From: an uncultured Aquimarina sp.
GTDB taxonomy: Bacteria; Bacteroidota; Bacteroidia; Flavobacteriales; Flavobacteriaceae
Length of the DNA: 64,000 nucleotides
Direction of reading: 5' to 3'
NCBI GenBank assembly: GCA_947498765.1
Contig: CANMLG010000007.1
Coordinates: forward strand, 19,547 to 83,546
The notes under the pieces were generated by a model. It was not told the DNA's origin and made no database searches. It was given only the letters and a program-made list of their open reading frames with translations. The position numbers and the translations under genes were made by a program. This document shows positions 30,324 through 40,200 of this stretch, piece by piece; positions within the stretch are counted from its first letter, which is position 1; every line of letters begins with the position of its first letter.

Positions 30324-30328
30324 ATTAA

Positions 30329-31354
30329 CTATAAATCGAAAATTAATTTCACCTCCTTTCTATTTCCTAGTTGATCAAAAAAGAGTGTTTGCTCAGTACT
30401 GTTTTTGTTATAATTAGTTGGTGTAGTCGTTTTATAATTATCGTGCGCTACACTGGTAACTATGGCATCAAAACATTGGCTTGTACTAGTTATTAATTCT
30501 ATACCACAAGCGGCTTTTACTTTGGAAGGAAGGATGTGATTGTCCTGTACCTTTACATTAATTCCTTTTTGGTATAAAGCCATATATAAGGCTACTGCTT
30601 TGGAGTTTTTTATGTTGTTTGTATTTTTTTCACTGGTAATGCCTTTAAGTAAAATGCTAAATGCTTTTTTTGTTGGGTGTTGTTGTTTTAATGCCTTTTC
30701 AATTTTATTGGCAATTGTATTGGGATTTAGTTGTTGTTTTGTTTTTATAATTTTTAACGCAGTTACGTTTTCAAAAATGGTTTGTACTAAATCACGAGTT
30801 GTAACATCGTCACTTTTAATAGTTTTTTGATGCGTATTTAAAGTGATGGTCGAAATGATATTTGTTGTATAGGCTGTTTTAAAATCAATATGATGTTGTA
30901 AACCAGATATACGTTCTAATAGACTTATGTAAAATTCAATTTCTTGTTTTTGGTTATTCGTATTTTGAAATATAACAACATCACCTACTTTTAAATGCCT
31001 GGCTACCGTTGCAGTGGCTCTGTTTAAGGCTAAGTACTTGTTAGTATTGGTGTTGGTTATAATGTATAGTGCTGGTATTTCGAGTAAATTAGTAATATTA
31101 GTAGCAAAAAAGTCTTTGCCAATAAAATCTGTTGAGGTCATTTTTTTATTTGGATCCTTTTTTTGCTGAACCAAAGTAGCCAGATCTTTATTAGTGTCAT
31201 ATCCGATGACTCTATATTTAGTAGCTAAGTGTAAGGCTGTTTCAAGTCCTTCTTTACCCAAACCTACTACAGCTATTTTAGCTTCTTTGGTACATAGTTG
31301 ATTAAATAAGGTATCTGTTACTTGTGTCTCTGTATCTATATTTAAAGTTCCCAT
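30329..31354 (-). CDS. Degenerate UDP-glucose/UDP-HexNAc dehydrogenase homologue lacking the central catalytic domain
   Basis: Keeps IAVVGLGKEG, VIGYD, LKVGDVVIFQ, ISGL and the C-terminal KGIT.EKNTNNIKNSK / FDAIVTSVAH. It has no ESTVYPG, PER, KxxEN or GGHC; the frame is uninterrupted. Confidence 0.75.
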   Translation of the reverse strand: MGTLNIDTETQVTDTLFNQLCTKEAKIAVVGLGKEGLETALHLATKYRVIGYDTNKDLATLVQQKKDPNKKMTSTDFIGKDFFATNITNLLEIPALYIITNTNTNKYLALNRATATVARHLKVGDVVIFQNTNNQKQEIEFYISLLERISGLQHHIDFKTAYTTNIISTITLNTHQKTIKSDDVTTRDLVQTIFENVTALKIIKTKQQLNPNTIANKIEKALKQQHPTKKAFSILLKGITSEKNTNNIKNSKAVALYMALYQKGINVKVQDNHILPSKVKAACGIELITSTSQCFDAIVTSVAHDNYKTTTPTNYNKNSTEQTLFFDQLGNRKEVKLIFDL

Positions 31355-31477
31355 AATAGTAGATTTAAAAGGTTATATCAGCTAAATTATAGGATAGTAT
31401 TCTTGTTTTTTTTGTTTTTAGATTAGAGCAGTATACATTGTAGTTAATTGGTAATTTACTGTAGACGAATGGTTTTT

Positions 31478-31564
31478 GCGTTAGGGATAGTAGTGGAAAT
31501 CCTTTTTGAGAGGGACGAATAAAAAGATTGTATCGTATAGCCCGACCCTTGGGTAACGCCCAAA
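31478..31564 (+). ncRNA. Flavo-1-like structured RNA / repeat element
   Basis: Outer stem gcgttaggg...ccc...taacgc, inner atc-ttttt/aaaaa-gat stem and an agcccgacc motif. It matches my recollection of the Flavobacteria Flavo-1 motif, which I could not verify. Confidence 0.5.
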
Positions 31565-31586
31565 TGAATTTACTAATTTGTTGCAT

Positions 31587-31640
31587 CCATTCGCCGATAG
31601 ATAAAGGTTATCCACCGATAAAAAAAGAAGTCTTATCGAA
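31587..31640 (+). promoter_or_regulatory. Three 21-bp-periodic repeats (putative LytTR site) upstream of the signalling operon
   Basis: ccattcgccgat 31587, ttatccaccgat 31608, agtcttatcgaa 31629; near-consensus -7 box TTATTTTG at 31669. Confidence 0.7.
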
Positions 31641-31712
31641 AGTGAGTAATGATTTTTTTAATATTAAATTATTTTGTAGGATATTAATTATCAGTAATAT
31701 AACTTAGAACTA

Positions 31713-32123
31713 ATGAAATCGATTTCCTTTTTACTTATTGAAGATGATTTAATTGAAACGCTAAAGTTCAATCGAGTTTTAGATACTTTAGAGGCTAAAC
31801 ATTTGGTAAACCGGGTTGAAAATGGAGAGGAAGCTTTGGAATTTTTGAAAAATACAGATGAGGTACCCGATGTAATTTTATTGGATCTAAATATGCCTAA
31901 AATGAATGGAATCGAATTTTTAAAAATTTTAAAGGAAGATGAGGTATTAAAATACATTCCTGCAATAATACTATCGACATCAAATAATCAAAAGGATATT
32001 TTAGAATGTTATAAAATAGGAGTAGCAGGTTATATAATGAAACCATTGAAGTATGAGGATTACACTCTGAAAATTAAAAATTTAGTAGCCTATTGGTCTT
32101 GTAATGAATTTATAAAAATATAA
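31713..32123 (+). CDS. Single-domain response regulator (Rcp1-like)
   Basis: LLIEDD, ILLDLNMPKMNGIEFL, ILSTS and GYIMKP motifs. Confidence 0.9.
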   Translation: MKSISFLLIEDDLIETLKFNRVLDTLEAKHLVNRVENGEEALEFLKNTDEVPDVILLDLNMPKMNGIEFLKILKEDEVLKYIPAIILSTSNNQKDILECYKIGVAGYIMKPLKYEDYTLKIKNLVAYWSCNEFIKI

Positions 32124-32124
32124 A

Positions 32125-32664
32125 ATGAAAGGTATTGTATTTACAGAGTTTTTAGAATTAGTTGAAGAGAAGTTTGGTTTGGAAACGGTTGATAAAATTA
32201 TAAATGCGTCTAATTTACCAAGTGGAGGAGCATATACGGCTATAGGAACGTATGATTTTGCAGAAATGCTGAGTTTGTTATCGCATTTAAGTGATCATAC
32301 AAGTATTTCTATAGATGATTTATTATTGGTTTATGGGGAACATTTTTTTAGTGTTTTAGCACGTAGCTACCCACAGCTGATAGAAAAGTATAAAGGGCCC
32401 ATTGAATTACTTTCATCAATAGAAAATCATATACATGTGGAGGTTCGTAAGATTTATCCAGATGCCGAATTGCCTACTTTTGAAATTGTGGAAAAAACGG
32501 ATAAGGCATTGATAATGATTTACAAATCGAGCAGAGCAATGTCTAGTTTTGGATTGGGTTTAATGAATAAAACGTTTAATCATTACAATGCAAATGCAAC
32601 GATTTTATTGGATAAAATTAAGGCAGACGGAACAGAGGTTAAATTTAGTATTACTAAAAATTAA
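32125..32664 (+). CDS. H-NOX (heme nitric oxide binding) protein
   Basis: MKGIVFTEFLELVEEKFG start, proximal His in HIHVEVRK, DAELPTF and the YxSxR heme motif (YKSSR). Confidence 0.92.
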   Translation: MKGIVFTEFLELVEEKFGLETVDKIINASNLPSGGAYTAIGTYDFAEMLSLLSHLSDHTSISIDDLLLVYGEHFFSVLARSYPQLIEKYKGPIELLSSIENHIHVEVRKIYPDAELPTFEIVEKTDKALIMIYKSSRAMSSFGLGLMNKTFNHYNANATILLDKIKADGTEVKFSITKN

Positions 32665-33881
32665 TGAGTACAACTAATCTCGAAATATTACAAAGAGCGC
32701 TACTTCGTGAGAAAAAAGCTAGAAAAGCGGCCGAAAATATCTTGGAAGATAAGTCAAGGGAGCTGTATTCAATTACGCAACAATTAAAAGAAGCTAACGA
32801 AAAACTACAGTCTGGATTAACCGAAAAAACATCTGAGCTACAAGGCGTATTTGATAATTTAGTTGATGCTTATGTTTTAATGGATTTAGGTGGAAATGTT
32901 ATAAAATTGAATGAGGCAGCAAAAGAATTATTTGGATATGATGTGCCCAAGGAAACGGTTAATGTAGTCCGATTAATTTATAAAGAAGACTTTAACTATG
33001 CTATGCTGTCCTTTAATTTGTTAATTGAAACAGGTTCATTTAGCGATTATATAGCACGTGTTTATACTAAAAGTAAAGGCGTGCGTTGGGTGCATATTAA
33101 TGCGAGTATTATTAAAAATAGCAAGAATAAACCCATCGGGGCCCAAGGCATTGTTAAAGATATTACGGATCAAAGAGCCATTGAGGAGCAGAATAAAAAG
33201 TTAGTACAGGATTTAGAAAAAAGTAATGAAGAGCTTGCTGAGTATGCACATATAGTATCTCACGATTTAAAATCACCGCTAAGGAGTATTAATGCATTGG
33301 TAAATTGGCTTCGAGAAGACTATAAAAACGTATTGGATGATACCGGATTAGAAAACATTAAGCTTATTGAGCAAACATTAGAAAAAATGGAGCATTTGAT
33401 TAATGGCATTTTAAACTATTCTAGTGTAAACAATATAGGTATACTCAAAAACGAGAATGTAGATATTAATAGCATAATTAAAGAAATTGAAAATACCATT
33501 TTTATTCCTAAGTATATTAAAATTATAAAAAAGCAAAATTTACCAATAATAAAAGGAGATAAAACAAGGCTACAACAACTTTTTCAAAACATAATTAGTA
33601 ATGCCGTAAATTATATTGATAAAGAAATAGGGATTATTCAAATAAGTTTTGAAGATAAAAGCACGCATTATTTGTTTGAAATAAAAGATAATGGGGTGGG
33701 AATAGAGAAAGAATATTTTGATAAAATATTCAAGATTTTTCAGTCCCTAGGGAATAATAAAAATTCAACGGGTATAGGACTTTCTATTGTTAAAAAAATT
33801 ATAGAAATCTATGATGGTGAAATTTGGCTAGAGAGTGAACCTAAAATAGGCACTAGTTTTTTCTTTACATTAAAAAAATAG
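32664..33881 (+). CDS. PAS-domain sensor histidine kinase
   Basis: N-terminal coiled coil, PAS (WVHINAS...GIVKDIT), H-box SHDLKSPLR, N box NIISNA, DNGVGI and GIGLSIV. Confidence 0.93.
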   Translation: MSTTNLEILQRALLREKKARKAAENILEDKSRELYSITQQLKEANEKLQSGLTEKTSELQGVFDNLVDAYVLMDLGGNVIKLNEAAKELFGYDVPKETVNVVRLIYKEDFNYAMLSFNLLIETGSFSDYIARVYTKSKGVRWVHINASIIKNSKNKPIGAQGIVKDITDQRAIEEQNKKLVQDLEKSNEELAEYAHIVSHDLKSPLRSINALVNWLREDYKNVLDDTGLENIKLIEQTLEKMEHLINGILNYSSVNNIGILKNENVDINSIIKEIENTIFIPKYIKIIKKQNLPIIKGDKTRLQQLFQNIISNAVNYIDKEIGIIQISFEDKSTHYLFEIKDNGVGIEKEYFDKIFKIFQSLGNNKNSTGIGLSIVKKIIEIYDGEIWLESEPKIGTSFFFTLKK

Positions 33882-33884
33882 AAA

Positions 33885-35018
33885 ATGAAATTTCAGCAAT
33901 ACGAAAAACAAAAAAACATGGATTGGGTATTAGTTTCTTCAACTAAAATACAATTAAAAAAACCGCTTGTGTTGGTTTTTGGAAATCGCTTTTTGTTAGA
34001 AGAAGCTGCTGTTTATGAGGATGTGAAAAATATATTTCCAGATGGCGAAATTATATTAGGTTCGACGGCAGGGGAAATTATGCTAGAAAAAGTATACGAA
34101 GATTCTATTACGATTACAGCTATTGAGTTTGAAAAAAGTAGTTTTAAGGTGGAACGTGCCAATATTTTGGATTTTGATAAGGATGCTGTAGCTATTGGAA
34201 AACATTTGGCCGCACAATTGCCAAGTAAAAATTTGAAGCATATGTTTATCGTTTCGGAAGGGAGTTTTGTGAATGGATCAGCTTTAATAAATGGACTGGA
34301 GTCTGAAAATACAAATACTGCAATTACGGGAGGTTTGTGTGGAGATGATGCTCGCTTTGAAAAAACAGTGGTAGGTTATAATGAAAAACCTAAAGAAGGT
34401 GAAATAGTTGCCATTGGTTTTTACGGTGAAAGCTTAGAAATTAGTTTTGCTCAATATGGAGGTTGGACGCCCTTTGGCCCCGAACGGATAATAACAAAAT
34501 CTGAAGGGAATGTGCTTTTTGAATTGGATAATTTACCGGCTTTGGATTTGTATAAAAAATATTTGGGAGACAAGGCGGCTCAATTACCTCAATCAGCTTT
34601 ATTATACCCACTAAGTTTAATGCAAAAAGGAAAAAAGGAACCGATAGTTCGTACAATTCTTTCCATAAATGAAGGAAAAAATACAATGACCTTGGCAGGG
34701 GATGTGCCCATGGGATCGACGGTTCAATTAATGATGGCAAATATTGATAACATTGCCGAAGGGGCTTTGCATGCTGCCGATATAGGAATGAAAAACAGAA
34801 AAAATAAACCCGAGTTGGCTCTTTTGGTAAGCTGTGTGGGCCGAAAATTGGTTATGGATCAACGGGTGGAAGAGGAGATTGAAGAGGTCATTGAAATAAT
34901 TGGTGAGCAGGCCGTTGTTGGAGGTTTTTATTCCTATGGTGAGTTGGCTCCATTTTATGGGAATAAGTCGTGCGAGTTGCATAATCAGACTATGACGTTA
35001 ACTTTATTTAGTGAATAA
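33885..35018 (+). CDS. FIST-domain (NosP-like) sensor protein
   Basis: GSTAGEI, ITGGLCGDD, GGWTPFGP, ELDNLPAL, SCVGRK and GFYSYGE motifs of FIST_N + FIST_C. Confidence 0.9.
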   Translation: MKFQQYEKQKNMDWVLVSSTKIQLKKPLVLVFGNRFLLEEAAVYEDVKNIFPDGEIILGSTAGEIMLEKVYEDSITITAIEFEKSSFKVERANILDFDKDAVAIGKHLAAQLPSKNLKHMFIVSEGSFVNGSALINGLESENTNTAITGGLCGDDARFEKTVVGYNEKPKEGEIVAIGFYGESLEISFAQYGGWTPFGPERIITKSEGNVLFELDNLPALDLYKKYLGDKAAQLPQSALLYPLSLMQKGKKEPIVRTILSINEGKNTMTLAGDVPMGSTVQLMMANIDNIAEGALHAADIGMKNRKNKPELALLVSCVGRKLVMDQRVEEEIEEVIEIIGEQAVVGGFYSYGELAPFYGNKSCELHNQTMTLTLFSE

Positions 35019-35020
35019 AT

Positions 35021-36067
35021 ATGAATTCTTTATTGGCTAGACAACTACGGAAATTACTTGATGATGATCTAAAAAATGATCCTAGGTTAAGCTTATTTTT
35101 AAAAGCCATAGAAAGATCATACGAAAATTATGAAGATCAATTTAGTATGCTCCAACGGGCCATGTCTATAAGTTCGGAAGAATTATTTGATGCCAATACT
35201 AAATTAAAAGATGAAGCAAAACAGCAACAAAAAGTAATAGCGAGTTTACAGGAAGCTACTAAAGTATTGGAGCGGATTTCGGTTAAAAATAGAGTAGGAG
35301 AAAAGGAACAATCTTTGACGGGGATAGAGTTGGCAAAATTAATAGAAAAACAAGCCAAACAGATTTCTGAAATAGAAGAACAGCGTCAAAAAATATTAGA
35401 AGATCTTGAAAAAAGTAATCAACAACTAAGTGAATACGCACATGTGGTTTCTCATGATTTAAAATCTCCGTTGCGAACCATTAATACATTAATGAATTGG
35501 ATTAAAGAAGATAATGTGACAGGTTTATCGATTGATACACAGCATAATTTCAATTTAATAGATCAAAATATCCAAAAAATGGATCATCTTATAAATGATA
35601 TTTTAGAATATTCATTAATAGATAAAAAGCCTACCCGAAATGTAAGCATTAATGTGGAGCAATTAATGAATGAGATTATTGATGTGAGTACCATTCCAAA
35701 GCATATTAAAATTACTATAGGTGCATTGCCTAATATTTATATGGACAAGGTAAGGCTAAGGCAAGTGTTTCAAAATTTAATTGAAAATGCTATTACAAGT
35801 ATCGATAAACCAAAGGGAACTATTCATATTGAGGCTAAAGAACATTTAACAACCTGGGAATTTATTGTTGGGGATAATGGAAAAGGCATAGCAGAAAAAT
35901 ATCATGAAAAGATTTTTGAAGTTTTCCAATCATTAGAAGTTAAAGGAACTTCCACCGGTATAGGGCTTTCTATAGTTAAAAAAATAATTGAGTTTTATAA
36001 AGGAAAGGTCTGGGTAACTTCTCAAGTGGGAGTAGGAACTACATTTCATTTTACCATAAAAAAATAA
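35021..36067 (+). CDS. Cytoplasmic histidine kinase without a recognisable sensor domain
   Basis: Coiled-coil N-terminus; SHDLKSPLR, NLIENA, DNGKGI and GIGLSIV boxes. Confidence 0.92.
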   Translation: MNSLLARQLRKLLDDDLKNDPRLSLFLKAIERSYENYEDQFSMLQRAMSISSEELFDANTKLKDEAKQQQKVIASLQEATKVLERISVKNRVGEKEQSLTGIELAKLIEKQAKQISEIEEQRQKILEDLEKSNQQLSEYAHVVSHDLKSPLRTINTLMNWIKEDNVTGLSIDTQHNFNLIDQNIQKMDHLINDILEYSLIDKKPTRNVSINVEQLMNEIIDVSTIPKHIKITIGALPNIYMDKVRLRQVFQNLIENAITSIDKPKGTIHIEAKEHLTTWEFIVGDNGKGIAEKYHEKIFEVFQSLEVKGTSTGIGLSIVKKIIEFYKGKVWVTSQVGVGTTFHFTIKK

Positions 36068-36071
36068 TAGT

Positions 36072-36392
36072 ATGCAAGAGGCTCCAAACAATACTTACAT
36101 TAAACAATTGGCGAATGGAAATACAGCTTTTGAAAAGAAATTGATTGCTATTGTTAAAAGAGAATTCCCTGAAGAACAAGCAGAATTTATAAAAAATTAC
36201 AAGCATAAAAACTATATGGCTGCTGCAGAAAACGTACACAAATTAAAGAATAAAATAGGTATGCTAGGAATGGAAAAAGCGTACCAACTTGCTATTGATT
36301 TTGAAAATGATTTGAAAGTAGAAAAAACTATTTTATATCCTGAATTTATAGTACTTTTAAATCAGATGGAAGATTTTATTATGAATTTATAA
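36072..36392 (+). CDS. Stand-alone Hpt phosphotransfer protein
   Basis: Helical 106-aa protein with AAENVHKLKNKIGMLG (HxLK Hpt motif). Confidence 0.8.
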   Translation: MQEAPNNTYIKQLANGNTAFEKKLIAIVKREFPEEQAEFIKNYKHKNYMAAAENVHKLKNKIGMLGMEKAYQLAIDFENDLKVEKTILYPEFIVLLNQMEDFIMNL

Positions 36393-36404
36393 CATTGATA
36401 AAGA

Positions 36405-37124
36405 ATGAATTGTATTATTATTGACGATGAAGAAACAGCAAGAGTAATTATAGAACAATTATGTGATCAGGTAGAAAATTTAGACGTTATTGAATCGTTT
36501 CCAAATGCAATACAAGCCATTAAATTTTTAAATAAAAATGATATTGACCTTATTTTTTTAGATATACATATGCCCGATTTTACAGGTTTTGATTTTATTC
36601 AAACCTTAAAAAATCCGCCCAAAATAATATTAACCACTTCCGATAAAAATTTTGCACTTGAAGCTTTTGAGTATGATTGCATTGTGGATTATGTTGTAAA
36701 GCCAATTACATTAACTCGATTTACAAAAAGTATTGAAAAAGCAAAGATATTTGTCGATAAGGTAGCTAAGTCACAGCAAACAGACACAATTGCCACCGAA
36801 AATACAATTAGTGATACTGATTTGTATGTAAATATTGATCGTAGATTAATAAAAATCAACTTTTCGAGTATTGCTATAATTGAAGCCAAAGGCGATTATA
36901 TTCAAATAAAAACGGATACTAAAAATTATACGGTACACTCTACGCTTAAAAAAATTCAGGAAAAGCTACCGGATCATCTTTTTTTAAAAGTACATCGATC
37001 TTATATTATACACATCAAAAAAATTATTGATATCGAAGATAATAGTGTGCTAATTGCCAAAGATGTTATTCCTGTAAGTCGTTCTAATAGACCCGAGTTA
37101 ATGAAACGGCTTAACTTGTTGTAA
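36405..37124 (+). CDS. LytTR-family DNA-binding response regulator
   Basis: Receiver IIDDE/FLDIHMP/VVKP plus LytTR IEAKGDY, FLKVHRSYII and IPVSRS motifs. Confidence 0.95.
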   Translation: MNCIIIDDEETARVIIEQLCDQVENLDVIESFPNAIQAIKFLNKNDIDLIFLDIHMPDFTGFDFIQTLKNPPKIILTTSDKNFALEAFEYDCIVDYVVKPITLTRFTKSIEKAKIFVDKVAKSQQTDTIATENTISDTDLYVNIDRRLIKINFSSIAIIEAKGDYIQIKTDTKNYTVHSTLKKIQEKLPDHLFLKVHRSYIIHIKKIIDIEDNSVLIAKDVIPVSRSNRPELMKRLNLL

Positions 37125-37158
37125 TGTAACGGGTATAATTTTAAACCTTTCGAATAAA

Positions 37159-37227
37159 CCATTTACCGACACCAAATTACCACCCACCGAATATCCTTAA
37201 AATACAGATAGTTAAGATTTAGTTTTG
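37159..37227 (+). promoter_or_regulatory. Two 21-bp-spaced repeats plus -7 box upstream of the T9SS protein gene
   Basis: ccatttaccgac 37159, ccacccaccgaa 37180; exact TAGTTTTG at 37220-37227. Confidence 0.72.
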
Positions 37228-37256
37228 ATGTATGTAAAACTAAAATCACTACTGTC

Positions 37257-40200
37257 ATGAAAAAACAAGCACTTTTATTCATCGTTTTTTTAAGCTTTCA
37301 GGCTTTTTCTCAGCAAGCATTTGACTGTAATGACAGCAAATTTTATCAAGTAATTTCCGGAGCCCTAAAATCCTATGATCCAATTTTAGGAGCCTATTCC
37401 AAAGCACTACACACCTATTCCTCTTATAATGCTGGAGGTTATAATCCTCAAGATAATTTTTTATATGCTATAAAAGGAAAAGATAAACATCTTTTGCGTA
37501 TAGGAATGGATAGTATTATTGATTTAGGCGCTGTGGCAGCAAAAGGAACAGTTGTTTTTGGAGGGGGGTATGCCGCAGATGTGGATGCCGAAGGCAACCT
37601 TTGGGTATATCAAAATAATACAAAAAATAGTTTTCATAAAATAACTAATCTAGCGTCATACAATGGAGGAGCATCACCAGTTTTTGAAGTAGTCAATGTA
37701 AATGTAGCCTCGCCAAGTACCTGTGCGGATATTACCTATATAAATAATGCCTTTTATGGCGGAAGCCGAGGAAAACTTTATAAATGGGATCTGTCTACGG
37801 GTTCGCCTATATTTTCAAGTAAAACAGTAGCTAATTTACCTAAAAGTACTTTTGGAGCTGCGTATACCGATGCAAATAATCGACTGTATTTATCGGATAA
37901 TAACGGCGGTTTATATGTGGTAGATGCTTATGATAGTGACCAACCTGTGGCCACATTATTAAACTTAACCGAAATCACAAATTCTAATGATGGATTTAAA
38001 TGTGCCAATGGGATTTCTCCAATTGATAAAGACCAGGATGGAATTTTAGATACTATGGATCAAGATACGGATGGTGATGGAATACCCAATAGTATGGAGT
38101 CTAATAGTACTAATCCTTATGGGGATGATGATGGTGATGATACTTATAATTATTTAGATAATGACACTAGTGGTAGTGGTGATAGTGTGGTCCAACGTGC
38201 TTATGATAGAGATGCCGATGGAGTGCCCGATTTTTTTGATCAAGACTCGGACAATGATGGAATTTATGATATTGTTGAAGCAGGTTATGGCTATTTGGAC
38301 ACCAATATGGATGGGGTATTTAATACTAAGGATATGAATTATACTGATACGGATCAGGATGGTTTAGCAGATATATTTGATACGGATAATGGAGGAGAAC
38401 TAGTTTTGCTGGATACAGATAATGATGGTGTTTATAATGCATATGATACCGATTCTGATAATGATGGCATTGTAGACCTTATTGAAGGGCAAGAAAGTAC
38501 AACATATCAGTCTTTATCATATAAAGATGAAGATCAAGATGGAATGGATGATGCTTTTGATAGCAGTTTTGGAGGAGTAGCTAATGGAACAGTTAATTCG
38601 GATACTACAGATGCTTTTGATTATTTGGACTTGGATTCAAATAATGATGGAATATCAGATAGTGTGACAGCCTATGACAGTGATGGAGATGGCATAGCCG
38701 AAACAATTATTTCGGGGATCGACGGAGATGCAGATGGTTTAGATGATAGTTTTGATCTAATGAAGAGTAGCTTTTCTCCAGATAATGGAGGACAAACACC
38801 CGCTAGTTTTCCTATACCCGCTTTGTGTGATCGCTACAATTATTTAGGAGAATTTTCTGCAGATGGTACTCCCTTGTATTTGGATGAAAATGATGTTATT
38901 TCTCAAGCAACCATGGATATGGTAGCTAATGCATTGCCCGAAAGCTATCCAGTACCGGATTTTAATCCGCATTATATTTCTTCGGGTTATGATACGGATG
39001 TAGTAGTGCAAGAACAAGCAGATATATGGGTCACTTTTATTAGCGAAGGTGCAGTCTACAAAAATACTTTAGGCTTTTATACTTATGATAGCAATAACCC
39101 GATAACCACTACCCCAAACCCAGAGGATATTACCATTATTTTTCCAAATGTATCTGCTCTGGATAGTGGAGGTAGTTTAGTGGCAGGAAACAAAGTAAAA
39201 ATTGGTAGTTTTCCACCAAATACTGGAATTGGATGGGTGTTATTAGCCAATGCTTGGTCAGATGGATGTGTTGGAGCTGGGAATTGGTCGTTATTTTCTA
39301 ACCCAGATTTTAATCCCGAAAGCAATCCTACTTTACAATATCATAATGTGTTATTGTCAGATCCCGATAATGAAAGAATCATTCTTGGGTTTGAAGATAT
39401 AAGAAGGGATTATGCCTCATGCGATCAAGATTTTAATGATGCATTATTTTATATTACCGCAAGCCCTTATAGTGCAATAAAAAATGTGAATTATGCTACT
39501 ATTGAAAGTGCTACGAATGTTACTTCGGCTAACGACGGGGGATTAGAGAGTAATGGCGATTTAGCCAAATTAATTGCAAAGCGTAACTTTAATAGAGCAA
39601 AGAAAAATACATTTCATAATCAAAAATCAACACAGTCCAGATTCATTGCTGGAATGCATTCGGGGAAATCCTTGAATTCATTAAATGGATATTTCCCAGC
39701 AACAGGAATGTATGGTACCGAAACTACATTTATTTCGAGTCCCGATGATCTAATAGAAATCACAAATGCCAAAGAGGTTTTCGCTATAGATTATTATCAA
39801 AATGAGGCACGAGTTGCAGCGGCATTTGCAACAGCAACAACAGGAAGTATTTACGATCATTCAAAAATTATTTGTGATCGATTAAATGGATCAAGTCTAT
39901 TGGATGTACGTACACTTTTTATTAGAAATCATAGATTAATAAATACCAAAATTAAAAGAGCCAATGGCGAAATTGAGCAAACCTTGTCTTTTTCAGTAAA
40001 ACTTGGCGAAGTTAGTAATGAGTTGTATAGTTTTTGGAATATTGATCAATACCCGACAGGGGATTATTTAAATTTTCAAATTTGGGGAGGCTCAGTAGGA
40101 CAAGTAGCTACTATTGCAAACACTATTATAGATAAATTAAAAGAAACCAAAACTTTAGTAAGCACTCCTGTAGCTGATCAAATTCCAACTGTTTTTGTTC

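Noticed and set aside
30211-30417. 68-aa plus-strand ORF
   Set aside because: It overlaps the 125-bp repeat element and the antisense end of a real gene; no protein features.
31365-31586. 73-aa minus-strand ORF upstream of the pseudo-dehydrogenase
   Set aside because: It runs through the structured Flavo-1-like element and shows no similarity to the dehydrogenase, so it is not a missing fragment.
38025-38757. gat/gga-rich low-complexity DNA as a microsatellite or contingency locus
   Set aside because: It is explained by Asp/Gly-rich DxDxDG coding repeats; no perfect tandem nucleotide unit.
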